Below, piece by piece: positions 1 to 11,547 of a DNA stretch of 55,493 nucleotides. The position numbers and the translations under genes are program-made. Location of the stretch: contig JBMORE010000178.1 in NCBI GenBank assembly GCA_049322255.1, positions 1 to 55,493 of the forward strand, given 5' to 3'. The DNA comes from Myxococcota bacterium (lineage in GTDB: Bacteria > Myxococcota > Myxococcia > Myxococcales > Myxococcaceae). A model generated the notes under the pieces. That model saw only the letters and a list, made by a program, of their open reading frames with translations, was not told the origin of the DNA and did not search any database. Position 1 is the first letter of the stretch; every line of letters starts with the position of its first letter.

Positions 1-98
1 TCACCAACGATCAGAACGAACGAGCCGGTGACGACGACTACGAAGAAGGATCAACTCAACTCGCTGTCTCGGGACGCAAAGATTCGGACCCTGAATTC

Positions 99-123
99 GG
101 TCCGAACAATGGGGTCCACCTCC
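99..123 (+). mobile_element. Putative IS3-family right terminal inverted repeat (element body would lie upstream of the window)
   Basis: Reverse complement reads GGAGGTGGACCCCATTGTTCGGACC, resembling IS3-family ends from memory. FG-GAP coding similarity starts abruptly about 20 nt downstream. No transposase is visible in the window. Confidence 0.4.
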
Positions 124-193
124 GGTTGCTGGCTTCTGCCGCGCTGCGGGGAGCGCGGGCGACGTCAACGCAGATGGCTGGGCAGACCTCATC

Positions 194-2152
194 GTGGGCG
201 CCCAGGGATGGGACGGGACAGCCACTGGCGAAGGACGTGCCTATCTCTACCAAGGGAGCGCCACGGGACTGAGCCCCACGGAGGCGTGGGTTGCCGACCC
301 CACGAATCAGAACAATTCGAGCTTTGGCGTCTCACTCAGCGGCGCGGGAGACGTCAACCACGACGGCTATGGAGACGTGGTGGTTGGCGCCGCTGCGTGG
401 GACGGCGTTGGGCCCGACGAAGGGCGTGCGTACCTGTACCTGGGCAACGCGTCAGGTCTGGCCTCGTCCCCCGCGTGGACAGCGGACCCGACGGACCAAA
501 ACGGCTCCCAGTTCGGCACCTCCGTCGGAGGCGCTGGAGACGTCAATGGCGATGGTCATGCAGACATGGTCATCAGCGCCAAACAGTGGGACGGCGAGGC
601 GATCGACGAAGGCCGCGTGTACCTCTTCCTCGGCAGCGCCACGGGCCCGTCAACCGTTCCGTCCTGGTGGGCAGATCCGGCAGATCAGCTCGGCGCTCGG
701 TTCGGCCGCGTCGTTGCCTTGACGACGGGAGACGTCAACGGTGACGGGTTTGGTGACGTGGCGATCTCCGCCGACCGCTGGGACGGCCAAGCGGTGGACG
801 AGGGCCGCGCATATCTCTTTCTCGGCAGCCCGAGTGGACTTTCGGCGGCCCCCGTGTGGACGGCAGACCCCTCCGACGAGGCGGGCGCGCAGTTCGGAGA
901 CTGGGTCGCGGGCGTGGGCGACGTGAACGGCGACGGATACGCAGACGTGGCCGTGGGCGCTCCGCAGGCGGACGGCCAGGCCGTGGATGAGGGCCGCGTC
1001 TACCTGTACCTGGGCAGCCCCACCGGTCTATCGGCAACTCCCGCTTGGACGGCGGACCCTACGGACCAGCTCGACGCCCGGTTCGGTGTCTGTGTCCAGG
1101 GAGCTGGCGATGTCAACGGTGACGGCTTTGGCGACGTGATCATCGGCGCTCCTTCTTGGGACGGAGCCGCTCCTGGAGAAGGTCGCGCATTCCTGTATCT
1201 GGGAAACGCCGGGGGCCTTTCGCCCGATCCGGCCTGGATGGCGGACCCGACAGACCAAAGCGGTGCTTCCTTCGGTGTTGCTCTTGCGGGCGCAGGAGAC
1301 GTCAACGGCGATGGCTTCGACGACGTGGTGGTGGGTGCCTCGAACGCGAGCGCGCTCGACGAAGGGCGCGTGTATCTCTATCTCGGAAGCGCCGCCGGCC
1401 TATCCACCACTCCGGCGTGGATGGTGGACCCGACCAATCAAGCCACCTCCGGATTTGGTTACGCCCTTTCCAGCGCGGGGGACGTCAACGGCGACGGGTT
1501 TGGCGACGTCGTCATCGGTGCCAACCAATGGGACGAGGGGACCAGCGGCGACCACGGGCGCGCATACCTGTATCTGGGTGGCGATGTTTCCTCTACGGGC
1601 CTCATGCGAGGCCAGGCCCAATTCCAAGCAGACGGAGTCACGCGCATCGCGGTGGGTGGCAATGCCGACAGCACCTCCGTCGTCTTGAAAGGACGCGTCA
1701 CCCAAGAAAGCTTCGTCGGCGGTCCGCTTCGCCTCGAGGTCGAGGCCCAGCGCCTAGGCACACCGTTCACCGGCCAAGGTTCGGTGCTCTCGGCCGCGGT
1801 GCCGGCAGGGAGTGTAGCCAGTGTCACTCTGACCGGGCTGACAGCGGGTGCGGCCTACCGCTGGCGCGCGCGCGTGGTGTACCCGGTGGGCACCGGCCGG
1901 GGACGGTGGGTGGCCTTCGGCGGCAACTCCGAGGCGATGCCCGATTTCCGCGTCATTCCCCCTATCGATGCTGATACCGATGGGAGCGACGGCGGAACCG
2001 ATGGCGGCGTCCCCTTACATCTCAGGGTTGGCTGCGGCTGCGAGCAAGCACCCAGAGCACCGTTTTTCCTGCTCGTCTTCTTCAGCGTCGTCGTAGCCGC
2101 CGCCTCAGCCACCACGAGGCGACCAAAGCGAAGGCGAGCAGACCCGCGATGA
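194..2152 (+). CDS. FG-GAP/integrin-alpha-like repeat surface protein with C-terminal MYXO-CTERM-like anchor; probably 5'-truncated
   Basis: Eight GDVNxDG repeats at about 63-aa spacing, the first starting near nt 155 upstream of the annotated GTG. C-terminus is DGG linker + GCGC + hydrophobic stretch + Arg-rich tail. No signal peptide; in-frame stop at 92-94. Confidence 0.85.
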   Translation: MGAQGWDGTATGEGRAYLYQGSATGLSPTEAWVADPTNQNNSSFGVSLSGAGDVNHDGYGDVVVGAAAWDGVGPDEGRAYLYLGNASGLASSPAWTADPTDQNGSQFGTSVGGAGDVNGDGHADMVISAKQWDGEAIDEGRVYLFLGSATGPSTVPSWWADPADQLGARFGRVVALTTGDVNGDGFGDVAISADRWDGQAVDEGRAYLFLGSPSGLSAAPVWTADPSDEAGAQFGDWVAGVGDVNGDGYADVAVGAPQADGQAVDEGRVYLYLGSPTGLSATPAWTADPTDQLDARFGVCVQGAGDVNGDGFGDVIIGAPSWDGAAPGEGRAFLYLGNAGGLSPDPAWMADPTDQSGASFGVALAGAGDVNGDGFDDVVVGASNASALDEGRVYLYLGSAAGLSTTPAWMVDPTNQATSGFGYALSSAGDVNGDGFGDVVIGANQWDEGTSGDHGRAYLYLGGDVSSTGLMRGQAQFQADGVTRIAVGGNADSTSVVLKGRVTQESFVGGPLRLEVEAQRLGTPFTGQGSVLSAAVPAGSVASVTLTGLTAGAAYRWRARVVYPVGTGRGRWVAFGGNSEAMPDFRVIPPIDADTDGSDGGTDGGVPLHLRVGCGCEQAPRAPFFLLVFFSVVVAAASATTRRPKRRRADPR

Positions 2153-2720
2153 CGCGCACCGCTCCGCGCGAGCGCTCGTTGGCGATGGGCGCATCGGGCC
2201 GATAGGAATCGAGCGACGCTCGAAGGGCGCCGCTCAGCGCCTCGTACCGACCGGAGGGAATGCTGAAGGTCACCACCGCGTGGCGGCCTTCTCCCGCCAT
2301 CGCCGCCACCAGCACGTGTCGGGCTTGGTTTTGGGCACGCACCGTTCCCAAGACTTCGATGCGTGGCGAGGCCCCCGCGACGAGCTCGGCGCGCTCCATG
2401 GAAAACTTCAGCCCCAGCTCGTCGGCGTAATGGCGCACCACCGCAGTGGAGAAGTCGTCGCGGGCGGCGGGGCTGGGCTGAAAGCTCCGCTCCACGATGG
2501 ACACCAGCAAGCTGGAAGCATCCTCCTCTTGCCCGTCGATCAGCGCCGCCGAGAGCCAGCGCCCAGGAGCGCCTCCGGCCGCCGCCCCCGCGCGCGTGCC
2601 GTGGAAGAGGTCCATACGCGCCATACGGAAGTTCTGCGGTGGGCGCAGGACGTAGCCGTCCTGACGCAGGGGCGTTCCCAGGCTGGGCGCGGCCAACAAG
2701 AAGGCCCAAAGGAGCGACAT
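2082..2720 (-). CDS. Hypothetical exported protein with C-terminal TM anchor
   Basis: Signal-peptide-like MSLLWAFLLAAP; C-terminal hydrophobic helix followed by RRRLRRR; start uncertain. Confidence 0.7.
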   Translation of the reverse strand: MSLLWAFLLAAPSLGTPLRQDGYVLRPPQNFRMARMDLFHGTRAGAAAGGAPGRWLSAALIDGQEEDASSLLVSIVERSFQPSPAARDDFSTAVVRHYADELGLKFSMERAELVAGASPRIEVLGTVRAQNQARHVLVAAMAGEGRHAVVTFSIPSGRYEALSGALRASLDSYRPDAPIANERSRGAVRVIAGLLAFALVASWWLRRRLRRR

Positions 2721-2863
2721 CGGAGCCGCGAGCCTACCTGCTCCTTCTGCCATGGTGCGACCATTGCTCGGCCGCCTGCCCACCTCTAGAATCGCGGCTC
2801 GGACGTTTTTGTCATACTCGACGGCGACTCCCTGACGCTTCTGCCGTCCTTTTCGAGGGCTTC

Positions 2864-3949
2864 ATGCGGCTCGGCATCTTGACCGGCGGTGGTGACTGCC
2901 CGGGGCTCAATGCGCTGATTCGCGGAGTCGTCAAACGCGGCATCCTCGAGTTTCACCACGAGCTCGTTGGCATCGAGAACGGCTACCAGGGCTTGGTCGA
3001 GCCCGAGCTGGCGCACCCGCTCACTCTGGAGAGCACCCGCGGCATTCTCCCCAAGGGCGGCACCATTCTGGGCACCTCGAACAAGGCCAACCCGTTTTCC
3101 TACGCGGTGAAGGAGGGCGGGGTATGGGTGGAGAAAGATCTCTCCGCCGTGGCCCTCGCGCGCGCGAAGGAGCTAGGGCTCGATGGGCTCGTCGCGGTGG
3201 GTGGCGATGGCACGCTGTCGATCGCTTCGCGTCTGTCCGCTCATGGGCTCAAGGTGGTGGGGTGCCCCAAGACCATCGACAACGACCTGTCGGGGACCGA
3301 CCAAACCTTCGGCTTCGACACCGCGCGCGCCATCTGCGTGGAGGCGGTCGACCGACTGCACACCACCGCCGAGTCGCACGATCGCATCATGGTGCTCGAG
3401 GTGATGGGGCGCCACGCTGGCTTCCTCGCTCTGCACGCGGGAATCGGCGGTGGAGCAGACGTCATTCTCATTCCAGAGATTCCCTACGAGATCGAGCCGA
3501 TCGTGGCGAAGATCCACCGCCGAGCCATACGTAAGCGCAGCTTCTCGATCATCGTGGTTTCCGAGGGCGCCTACCCCAAGGGCGGCGCGGTCTCGGTGGT
3601 GGAAAAGGCTGAGGACATTCCCGGGCGGGGAGTGGTGCGGTTGGGGGGCGCGGGCAAGGTAGCGGCAGATCTGCTCTCCAAGCACGTGGAGGCCGAGATT
3701 CGCGTCACGGTGCTCGGGCACCTGCAGCGGGGCGGGTCCCCGACTGCCGCCGACCGGATTTTGGCCACGCGCTTCGGCTGCAAGGTGCTCGATCTGGTTC
3801 GCGACCAGCAATGGGGCCACATGGTGGCGCTCAAGGGGGTCGACGTCGTCCCCGTGCCGCTCTCGGAGTCGAAGAAGGAAAAGGTCGTGGACCCCAACGG
3901 CGAGCTGGTGCGCTTTGCCAAGAGCCTGGGCATCAACTTCGGAGCGTGA
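2864..3949 (+). CDS. pfkA: 6-phosphofructokinase (PfkA family, probably ATP-dependent)
   Basis: TGGGDCPGLN, GGTILGTS, GGDGT, PKTIDND, EVMGR and LGHLQRGG motifs. Confidence 0.97.
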   Translation: MRLGILTGGGDCPGLNALIRGVVKRGILEFHHELVGIENGYQGLVEPELAHPLTLESTRGILPKGGTILGTSNKANPFSYAVKEGGVWVEKDLSAVALARAKELGLDGLVAVGGDGTLSIASRLSAHGLKVVGCPKTIDNDLSGTDQTFGFDTARAICVEAVDRLHTTAESHDRIMVLEVMGRHAGFLALHAGIGGGADVILIPEIPYEIEPIVAKIHRRAIRKRSFSIIVVSEGAYPKGGAVSVVEKAEDIPGRGVVRLGGAGKVAADLLSKHVEAEIRVTVLGHLQRGGSPTAADRILATRFGCKVLDLVRDQQWGHMVALKGVDVVPVPLSESKKEKVVDPNGELVRFAKSLGINFGA

Positions 3950-5784
3950 CTTTGTCCCTCGTGGGCCGGCACATCGGGCGGTACCGTATCCTGGAGCAGC
4001 TGGGCCAGGGGGGGATGAGCGTCGTCTACAAAGGTCTGGACACGGCGCTCGATCGCGAGGTGGCGGTCAAGGTGCTCCACCCCCACCTGTCGGGCAAGGA
4101 GGAGTCGCGCAAGCGCTTGGCCCGCGAGGCGAAGGCGGTGGCGAAGCTACACCACCCCAACATCCTCGAGGTCTTCGACTTCGCCGCCGCCGAGGCCGAG
4201 GACGCCTACATCGTCACCGAGTACATTCGCGGACAGACGCTTCGGCAGTACGCCGCCGGCCAGACCTTCGAGCCTCCAGAGATCGCGGCGATGGTGATTC
4301 ACGAGGTTGCTGCCGCGCTTGCCCACGCTCACGAAGCGAACATCATTCACCGGGACTTGAAGCCCGAGAACGTGATGGTGCGCGACGACGGCGTGCTCAA
4401 GCTGATGGACTTCGGTATCGCCAAGATCATCGATCGCGACGAGAAGATGACCATGACCGGCGCGCTGGTGGGCTCGCCTGCGCACATGGCGCCCGAAATC
4501 ATCGAGGGAGACGAGGCAGGCCCGGAGGCCGACGTCTTCTCCCTGGGCACGATGCTTTACCTTTTCGCCACCACGCGCCTGCCCTTCACCGCCCCCAACA
4601 CCACCGCTACGCTGAAGAGGATTCTCGACGGCGTTTACGACGACCCGCGCCAACTGGTGCCCACGGTGTCCGACGAGCTGGCCGACATCATCGCCACTTG
4701 CCTGATGCGCCAACCCTCGCAGCGCTACCCCAACGCAGGAAAGCTGCGCGACGCGCTGAGCGATCACCTCGCCTCGCTGGGGTTTCCTCGGGTGAGCGAG
4801 GAGCTGGTCTCTTTCTTCGCCGACCCGCCCTCGTATCGCAAGCAGATGGTCAAGCGTCTCACCGAGGCGCTGGTGAAGAAGGGGGAGCGTTTCATCGCAG
4901 AGAAGCGGCCTGCCAAGGCGCTCTCCTGCCTCAATCAGGTGCTCGCCCTCGATGCGGGCAACCTCCGGGCGCACGAGCTGCTCGAGCAGATGAACCTCTC
5001 CAAGCAGCGGCAACTGCGCGCGGCGAAGTGGACAAGGGTGGGGGTGGCGGCGGCGGTCATCGCGCTGGTCGCTGCCGCGATCGCCCAAGTGTTCCATCTG
5101 GCGACGCGTGTGGACGACTTTCTTCCCCATCTCCGCCGAGGAACCGACGTGGCGGTGTTGGCGAAAGCCTATCCGCCCCTACCGCCTGTCCCGTCAGAAC
5201 TTCCTCCCGTCGAGACTCTCGTTCCGTCATCGGTTCCCCTGGTGGTCGAGCCGGCCATGAGCGTCACACCCGCACGCGTCCAGGTGGCCAAGGCCGAGTC
5301 AAGGCCTAGCTTCGCCGCCGTCGACGTGGTGGTGAACGTGCGGCCATGGGGAAGTGTGAAGGTGAACGGCGAGGCAAAGTCGCCCAACGAGCTTCCCCGG
5401 CACGTGCTCAAGCTGGTGCCGGGCAAGTACAAGCTCACCATCGGGTGCGAGCGGTTTTGCACCGAGGGAGGCATCACCCGGGAGATCGAGGTGGGGGCGA
5501 GCAAGACGACCACCGTCCTCGTGCCGGCACCGCTGCGTGCCTCCTCGCTCTCTTTCTTCGGCTTTCCACCCGAGGCGATGGTCACCGTGGGCACCGAGCA
5601 GCGCACGGTGCGCCAAAGCCAGGAGCAGCCCTTCACCATCGAAATGCCTCGTGAAGGCTCGCCCCGGATGGAGCACAAAGTACGCTACGCGGTGACGCTC
5701 GCCGGGTACCGACCGGCGGAGGGCACCAAAGTGATCGCGCCCGGCGTGGCGGAGCAAATTGGCGGGAGCCTCGAGCGCGAATGA
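3946..5784 (+). CDS. Hanks-type Ser/Thr protein kinase with TM segment and extracellular C-terminal domain (Pkn4-like position)
   Basis: GQGGMS, VAVK, HRDLKPEN, DFG and APE motifs; TM VGVAAAVIALVAAAIA; GTGA overlap with pfkA stop. Confidence 0.95.
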   Translation: MTLSLVGRHIGRYRILEQLGQGGMSVVYKGLDTALDREVAVKVLHPHLSGKEESRKRLAREAKAVAKLHHPNILEVFDFAAAEAEDAYIVTEYIRGQTLRQYAAGQTFEPPEIAAMVIHEVAAALAHAHEANIIHRDLKPENVMVRDDGVLKLMDFGIAKIIDRDEKMTMTGALVGSPAHMAPEIIEGDEAGPEADVFSLGTMLYLFATTRLPFTAPNTTATLKRILDGVYDDPRQLVPTVSDELADIIATCLMRQPSQRYPNAGKLRDALSDHLASLGFPRVSEELVSFFADPPSYRKQMVKRLTEALVKKGERFIAEKRPAKALSCLNQVLALDAGNLRAHELLEQMNLSKQRQLRAAKWTRVGVAAAVIALVAAAIAQVFHLATRVDDFLPHLRRGTDVAVLAKAYPPLPPVPSELPPVETLVPSSVPLVVEPAMSVTPARVQVAKAESRPSFAAVDVVVNVRPWGSVKVNGEAKSPNELPRHVLKLVPGKYKLTIGCERFCTEGGITREIEVGASKTTTVLVPAPLRASSLSFFGFPPEAMVTVGTEQRTVRQSQEQPFTIEMPREGSPRMEHKVRYAVTLAGYRPAEGTKVIAPGVAEQIGGSLERE

Positions 5785-6755
5785 ACCGCTTGGGGCTCCT
5801 CGCCAGTTTGTTCTTCTTTGCCGCAGCCGGAGCGCAGACTTTTTCTGCCCAGCGCGAGATCGAGCTGGTGCGCGCGCAGTTCGATGCCGGCAACTATCGG
5901 CAGGCGCTCGATCGCGCCAAGAACGCCCTCTCCTCGATGAACTTCACCGACGAGCAGCGCCTGGAGATGAACAAGCTCGCCGGCCTGGCGGCCTTCAACC
6001 TGGGCGAGACCGCCGGAGCCGACGAACACCTCTACAAGGTGCTCCAGCTCAACCCCGACTACGTGCTCGACCCTTTCGCGGTACCACCGTCGACGATCGG
6101 CCATTTCGAGGATCTCAAGCGAAAGAACGCCGATGCGCTCAACCTCGTTCGTCAGCAGATCGCGCTGCGGGAGGAGCAGGCTCGGCGCGAAGCCGCCGAG
6201 CGCGAAGAGGCCAAACGGCGGGAGGAGGAGGAACAGCGCCGCCGCCTGGAGCAGCTGGCGCGGCAGGCGACGGTGAAGACGGTGGAGCGGCGCTCGTTTC
6301 TGGTGAGCTTCGTGCCTTTCGGGGCCGGCCAGTTTCAGCAGGGCCGAACCGGCAAGGGCGTGCTGTTGGCCACGACGGAAGGGGCGCTGGCGGCGATCAG
6401 CGTGCTGTCGTACTTGGTCATCGATTCCCTGCGCAAATGCGATGACGTGATTTCGATGGGGCACCTGCCCACCACCGACTACCCCGACGGCAACATCGCC
6501 ATTCGCGTGTGTCGAACCCCACAGAACCGTCTCGGCGAGAAGACCACCTGGTCTTTGGTGAAGTACGCCTCGGGGGCGGCCTTCTACACCGTCTACGCCT
6601 ACGGAGTGGTCGACTCCATCTATCACCACCAGGACGAGGTCGTGACCGAGCACTTCGTGCCCCTCGCTGCACCTGTGTCTGCTCCCAACGGAGCCCAACC
6701 CTTCCTCTTCCCTACTCCCGGTGGCTTAGGAGCCGGGTTTCGGCTGAACTTTTAG
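5781..6755 (+). CDS. Exported TPR/coiled-coil hypothetical protein
   Basis: Signal peptide, TPR-like helices, E/R-rich coiled coil, PFGAGQFQQG motif; ATGA overlap with kinase. Confidence 0.8.
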   Translation: MNRLGLLASLFFFAAAGAQTFSAQREIELVRAQFDAGNYRQALDRAKNALSSMNFTDEQRLEMNKLAGLAAFNLGETAGADEHLYKVLQLNPDYVLDPFAVPPSTIGHFEDLKRKNADALNLVRQQIALREEQARREAAEREEAKRREEEEQRRRLEQLARQATVKTVERRSFLVSFVPFGAGQFQQGRTGKGVLLATTEGALAAISVLSYLVIDSLRKCDDVISMGHLPTTDYPDGNIAIRVCRTPQNRLGEKTTWSLVKYASGAAFYTVYAYGVVDSIYHHQDEVVTEHFVPLAAPVSAPNGAQPFLFPTPGGLGAGFRLNF

Positions 6756-6769
6756 AATCCACGAGGTCA

Positions 6770-8659
<1,890 letters not shown>

Positions 8660-8762
8660 AGCCTGACGGCGCTGTCGCACCCAGGGCCGAAGGCGCGTTG
8701 GAGCCTTCCTGTCTCGATCGCAAACCACCTGAAAACACTCATGACATCTAGCTCCTCACCTC

Positions 8763-8778
8763 TGGCAAGGCGGTTGCT
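8763..8778 (+). promoter_or_regulatory. Sigma54 (-24/-12) promoter
   Basis: TGGCAAGGCGGTTGCT matches TGGCACG-N4-TTGCW with correct GG/GC spacing, upstream of ATG 8792. Confidence 0.65.
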
Positions 8779-8791
8779 CTTCCGTCGCCTG

Positions 8792-9313
8792 ATGCATTGG
8801 GCAGGGGCGGTGGTGTTGGCGATGGCCGTGAGCAGTTGCCTGGTGCGTCAGGAAGACGACGTGCTACCCGAGCTCCCGCCTCTCAAGAACCGCCGGCCGG
8901 TGATCATCAGCCACCTCGAGCCGCAGCAGACCTTCACGGTCGACAGCGCTCGCTGCGGGTTGCAGCGCTTCGCGGCGACGATCGAGGACCCCGACGTGGG
9001 TGACCGCATTCACATTCGCTGGTTCATCGACCCGAAGTTCGGTGACCAAGACCCCGAGGAGCTGCCGCAAACCCCCTCGGTGGAAGTGGGTCGTTCGCCT
9101 TTGATCGTCGAGCGAAACCTCCTCATCGGAGGGGCGGGCAAGCTCTCGACCGGTAAGCACATGATCGAGCTTTTCATCGCCGATGGCTTTCCCGAGGGGC
9201 GTACGCCTCTTCCCAGGAACGTGACCATGCCCGACGGAACGACGAGGGAGAACGCCACCTACTTCGACTCCTTCCTCTGGTTCGTCGACGTTCCCGCGGG
9301 AGCCTGCCCGTGA
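8792..9313 (+). CDS. Hypothetical lipoprotein
   Basis: Lipobox-like AVSSC after hydrophobic stretch; start chosen downstream of the sigma54 motif. Confidence 0.75.
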   Translation: MHWAGAVVLAMAVSSCLVRQEDDVLPELPPLKNRRPVIISHLEPQQTFTVDSARCGLQRFAATIEDPDVGDRIHIRWFIDPKFGDQDPEELPQTPSVEVGRSPLIVERNLLIGGAGKLSTGKHMIELFIADGFPEGRTPLPRNVTMPDGTTRENATYFDSFLWFVDVPAGACP

Positions 9314-11010
9314 GAGCGGCGCGGCTCCTCTTGCTGGTCGCAGGCTGCAACGCCGGCCCCCCCAGCCCGGTGCAGCTGTGCCAGGACGACACCCAATGTT
9401 CTGCCCCGCAGATCTGCTTCCCCGAGGGCTGCGGAGACCCGGGAGCGGGACTGGTGGTGGAAGTGACCGCCAATACCCGCTCGGGGTTTCACGCCCAAGA
9501 CGTGGAGATTGCCAGCGGCGCACTGCGGGCCACTCACGACCTCCAGATTCAAGGCCCGCTGTCGCTGGTCGGCGAGATTCATCGCAACGCCGAGCCAATC
9601 AACGGCATCAGCGCGGTCTCCACCGTGCCATTCACCGGGGCGGTGACGGTTCGGGCCGTCGGGCAGAGCGCGAAAGTCCCCGGCGTCACTCGGCGCTACG
9701 AGGCGACGTTCTCCGCCCTCGAACGCGGTGCCTATTCAGTGTTCGTGGGAATGGGCAGGTTCACCGTCACCGCCCAGGCGCTAGACACTTCCATTCCTCC
9801 TTCGAGCGCGATCGACGTCACCATCGAGACCGTGCCGGACAAGCCCCGGCAGGTCACCAACCAAGACTTCCTCTTTCGCGCCCTGGGCGAAACGCGCGTT
9901 CTCACTGGCCGGCTCTTGCGCACCTACATCGCCGGCACGCCCGCAGTGGAGACGCCCATCACCCAGGCCGAGATCGATCTGCAGGCCTTCGACCCGGTAC
10001 GCAATGTCCCCCTCTCCCAAGCGGTGCCAGTGTCCTCCGGGCACAGCGGGAGCACCGGCGACTTCACGCTCTATCTCGATCCGAGCGTCGACAAGCTCGG
10101 CGCCTTCCAGCTTTTGGCGGTTCCGCGCCAAAGCGGTAGCGCGGTGCCGAGCAAGTCGTTCATCCTCGAGCACGATCGCACTCCTCCTTTGGTGCTGGAG
10201 ATGGGCGAGTATGGCGAGCTGGTACCGGTCACCGGGACGCTGCGAGCCACCGACGGGCAGCCGGTTTCAGGCGCCACCGTTCACCTGGAGGGCGTGGTGA
10301 ACGGCGGGGGAATCTTTCGCAGCCAGCAGGTCACCACCGATGGGTACGGCGTCTTCAAGACCGAGGCGCTGCCGTCGGCGCCCAACTCCGCCTATACCCT
10401 CATCGCCGCGCCGCCGCAGAGCAGCACCGCCGGCATTTTGGACATCAAGGTCAAGGTGCTCGCCACCCCCAACGAGAAGAACGAGTACCTGGCGCCCAGT
10501 TCCTTCGTATGTCCAGACCGAGTCCCGGTGTCGGGGGTGCTGCTCAGGCCCGACGGCCAATCGCCCGCGGTGGGAGCGAGGGTGATTGCCCAGGCCATCG
10601 ACGACCTCGACGAGCGGCCCTTGCCCCCCGACCCGATCGAGGTCGCCACCGACGCCACCGGACGTTACACGCTGTACCTCGACCCGGCGGTGTACCGAAT
10701 CGACTACGTCCCTGAGGTGAGCCTTCCCCGCCGTAGCCGGCAGATCACCGTGAAAGCCGAGCCAGCCCTCGAAGGTAAGGGCCTCAAGTCGATGGACTTG
10801 GGCAGCTACACCTTGACCAATGGCCGCCGCGTCACCGGGACGGTCACCTCCACCCAGCCCCTGATGTCCACCACCCGCGCCGCCGCAAACGCGTCGATTC
10901 GCTTCTTCCGCGTCACTTCGGTGGGCGGTAAGCGGTCGTCGGTGCTCTTGGGTCAAACGGTGGCCGACGAGAGCGGCAACTACGCCGTCACTTTGCCTTC
11001 GTCACGTTGA
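9310..11010 (+). CDS. Lipoprotein with carboxypeptidase-regulatory-like beta-sandwich repeats
   Basis: LLVAGC lipobox, Cys-rich N-terminus, repeated G-x-P-V-x-G-A-x-V and TD-x-x-G-x-Y/F motifs; GTGA overlap with previous gene. Confidence 0.8.
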   Translation: MRAARLLLLVAGCNAGPPSPVQLCQDDTQCSAPQICFPEGCGDPGAGLVVEVTANTRSGFHAQDVEIASGALRATHDLQIQGPLSLVGEIHRNAEPINGISAVSTVPFTGAVTVRAVGQSAKVPGVTRRYEATFSALERGAYSVFVGMGRFTVTAQALDTSIPPSSAIDVTIETVPDKPRQVTNQDFLFRALGETRVLTGRLLRTYIAGTPAVETPITQAEIDLQAFDPVRNVPLSQAVPVSSGHSGSTGDFTLYLDPSVDKLGAFQLLAVPRQSGSAVPSKSFILEHDRTPPLVLEMGEYGELVPVTGTLRATDGQPVSGATVHLEGVVNGGGIFRSQQVTTDGYGVFKTEALPSAPNSAYTLIAAPPQSSTAGILDIKVKVLATPNEKNEYLAPSSFVCPDRVPVSGVLLRPDGQSPAVGARVIAQAIDDLDERPLPPDPIEVATDATGRYTLYLDPAVYRIDYVPEVSLPRRSRQITVKAEPALEGKGLKSMDLGSYTLTNGRRVTGTVTSTQPLMSTTRAAANASIRFFRVTSVGGKRSSVLLGQTVADESGNYAVTLPSSR

Positions 11011-11016
11011 AAGCCT

Positions 11017-11520
11017 TCACCGTTGTGACGGGTCGCGGGCCACCTTCAGCGCGGCGCGGAAAGCGTCGACCGTGGGGCCGACCTCGCCGGCGTACTGCAC
11101 GGCGTGGGTGGTGTAGAGGTCCATCGCCTGGTCCAACCGGCGGAAGACTTGCCGAAGCTGCGCGCGGTCGCGCCATCCCACCGCGCAGTCTGCCTCCGCC
11201 TGACGCTGGTTCGTCAACCATTTCACGCGAAAAGTCGCCCACGCTTCGTCCGCCTGGCTGGCCGGCGCATCTTGGGTGAGTGCGGCACGACGAGCGTCGA
11301 GCTCTTCCCAGAGCTCCTGGGCACGATCGAGGCACTCGGGCACCGTGAGCACCTCTTCGATGGACGGCTGGCGGCCTGGAGTCATCGCACGCACCGAGCG
11401 CACCACGCTGACGATGACCAACGAAGAAAAGGTCCCCACGAACGCCAGGTACACGGCGTACATCGCCACCCGGTAGGGCTTGAAGCGCGGGTCTCGCTCA
11501 GGCTTGTCCGTACCGGCCAT
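11017..11520 (-). CDS. Hypothetical membrane-anchored protein
   Basis: N-terminal TM helix then helical domain; GGAG RBS; normal codon bias. Confidence 0.75.
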   Translation of the reverse strand: MAGTDKPERDPRFKPYRVAMYAVYLAFVGTFSSLVIVSVVRSVRAMTPGRQPSIEEVLTVPECLDRAQELWEELDARRAALTQDAPASQADEAWATFRVKWLTNQRQAEADCAVGWRDRAQLRQVFRRLDQAMDLYTTHAVQYAGEVGPTVDAFRAALKVARDPSQR

Positions 11521-11547
11521 TTGCGCTCCAAAGCCTGGTGCGGCGCC

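Noticed and set aside
83..106. Hairpin as an integron attC site or terminator
   Set aside because: Too short for attC, lacks the RYYYAAC/GTTRRRY box pair and has no U-tract; it overlaps the IS-like end instead.
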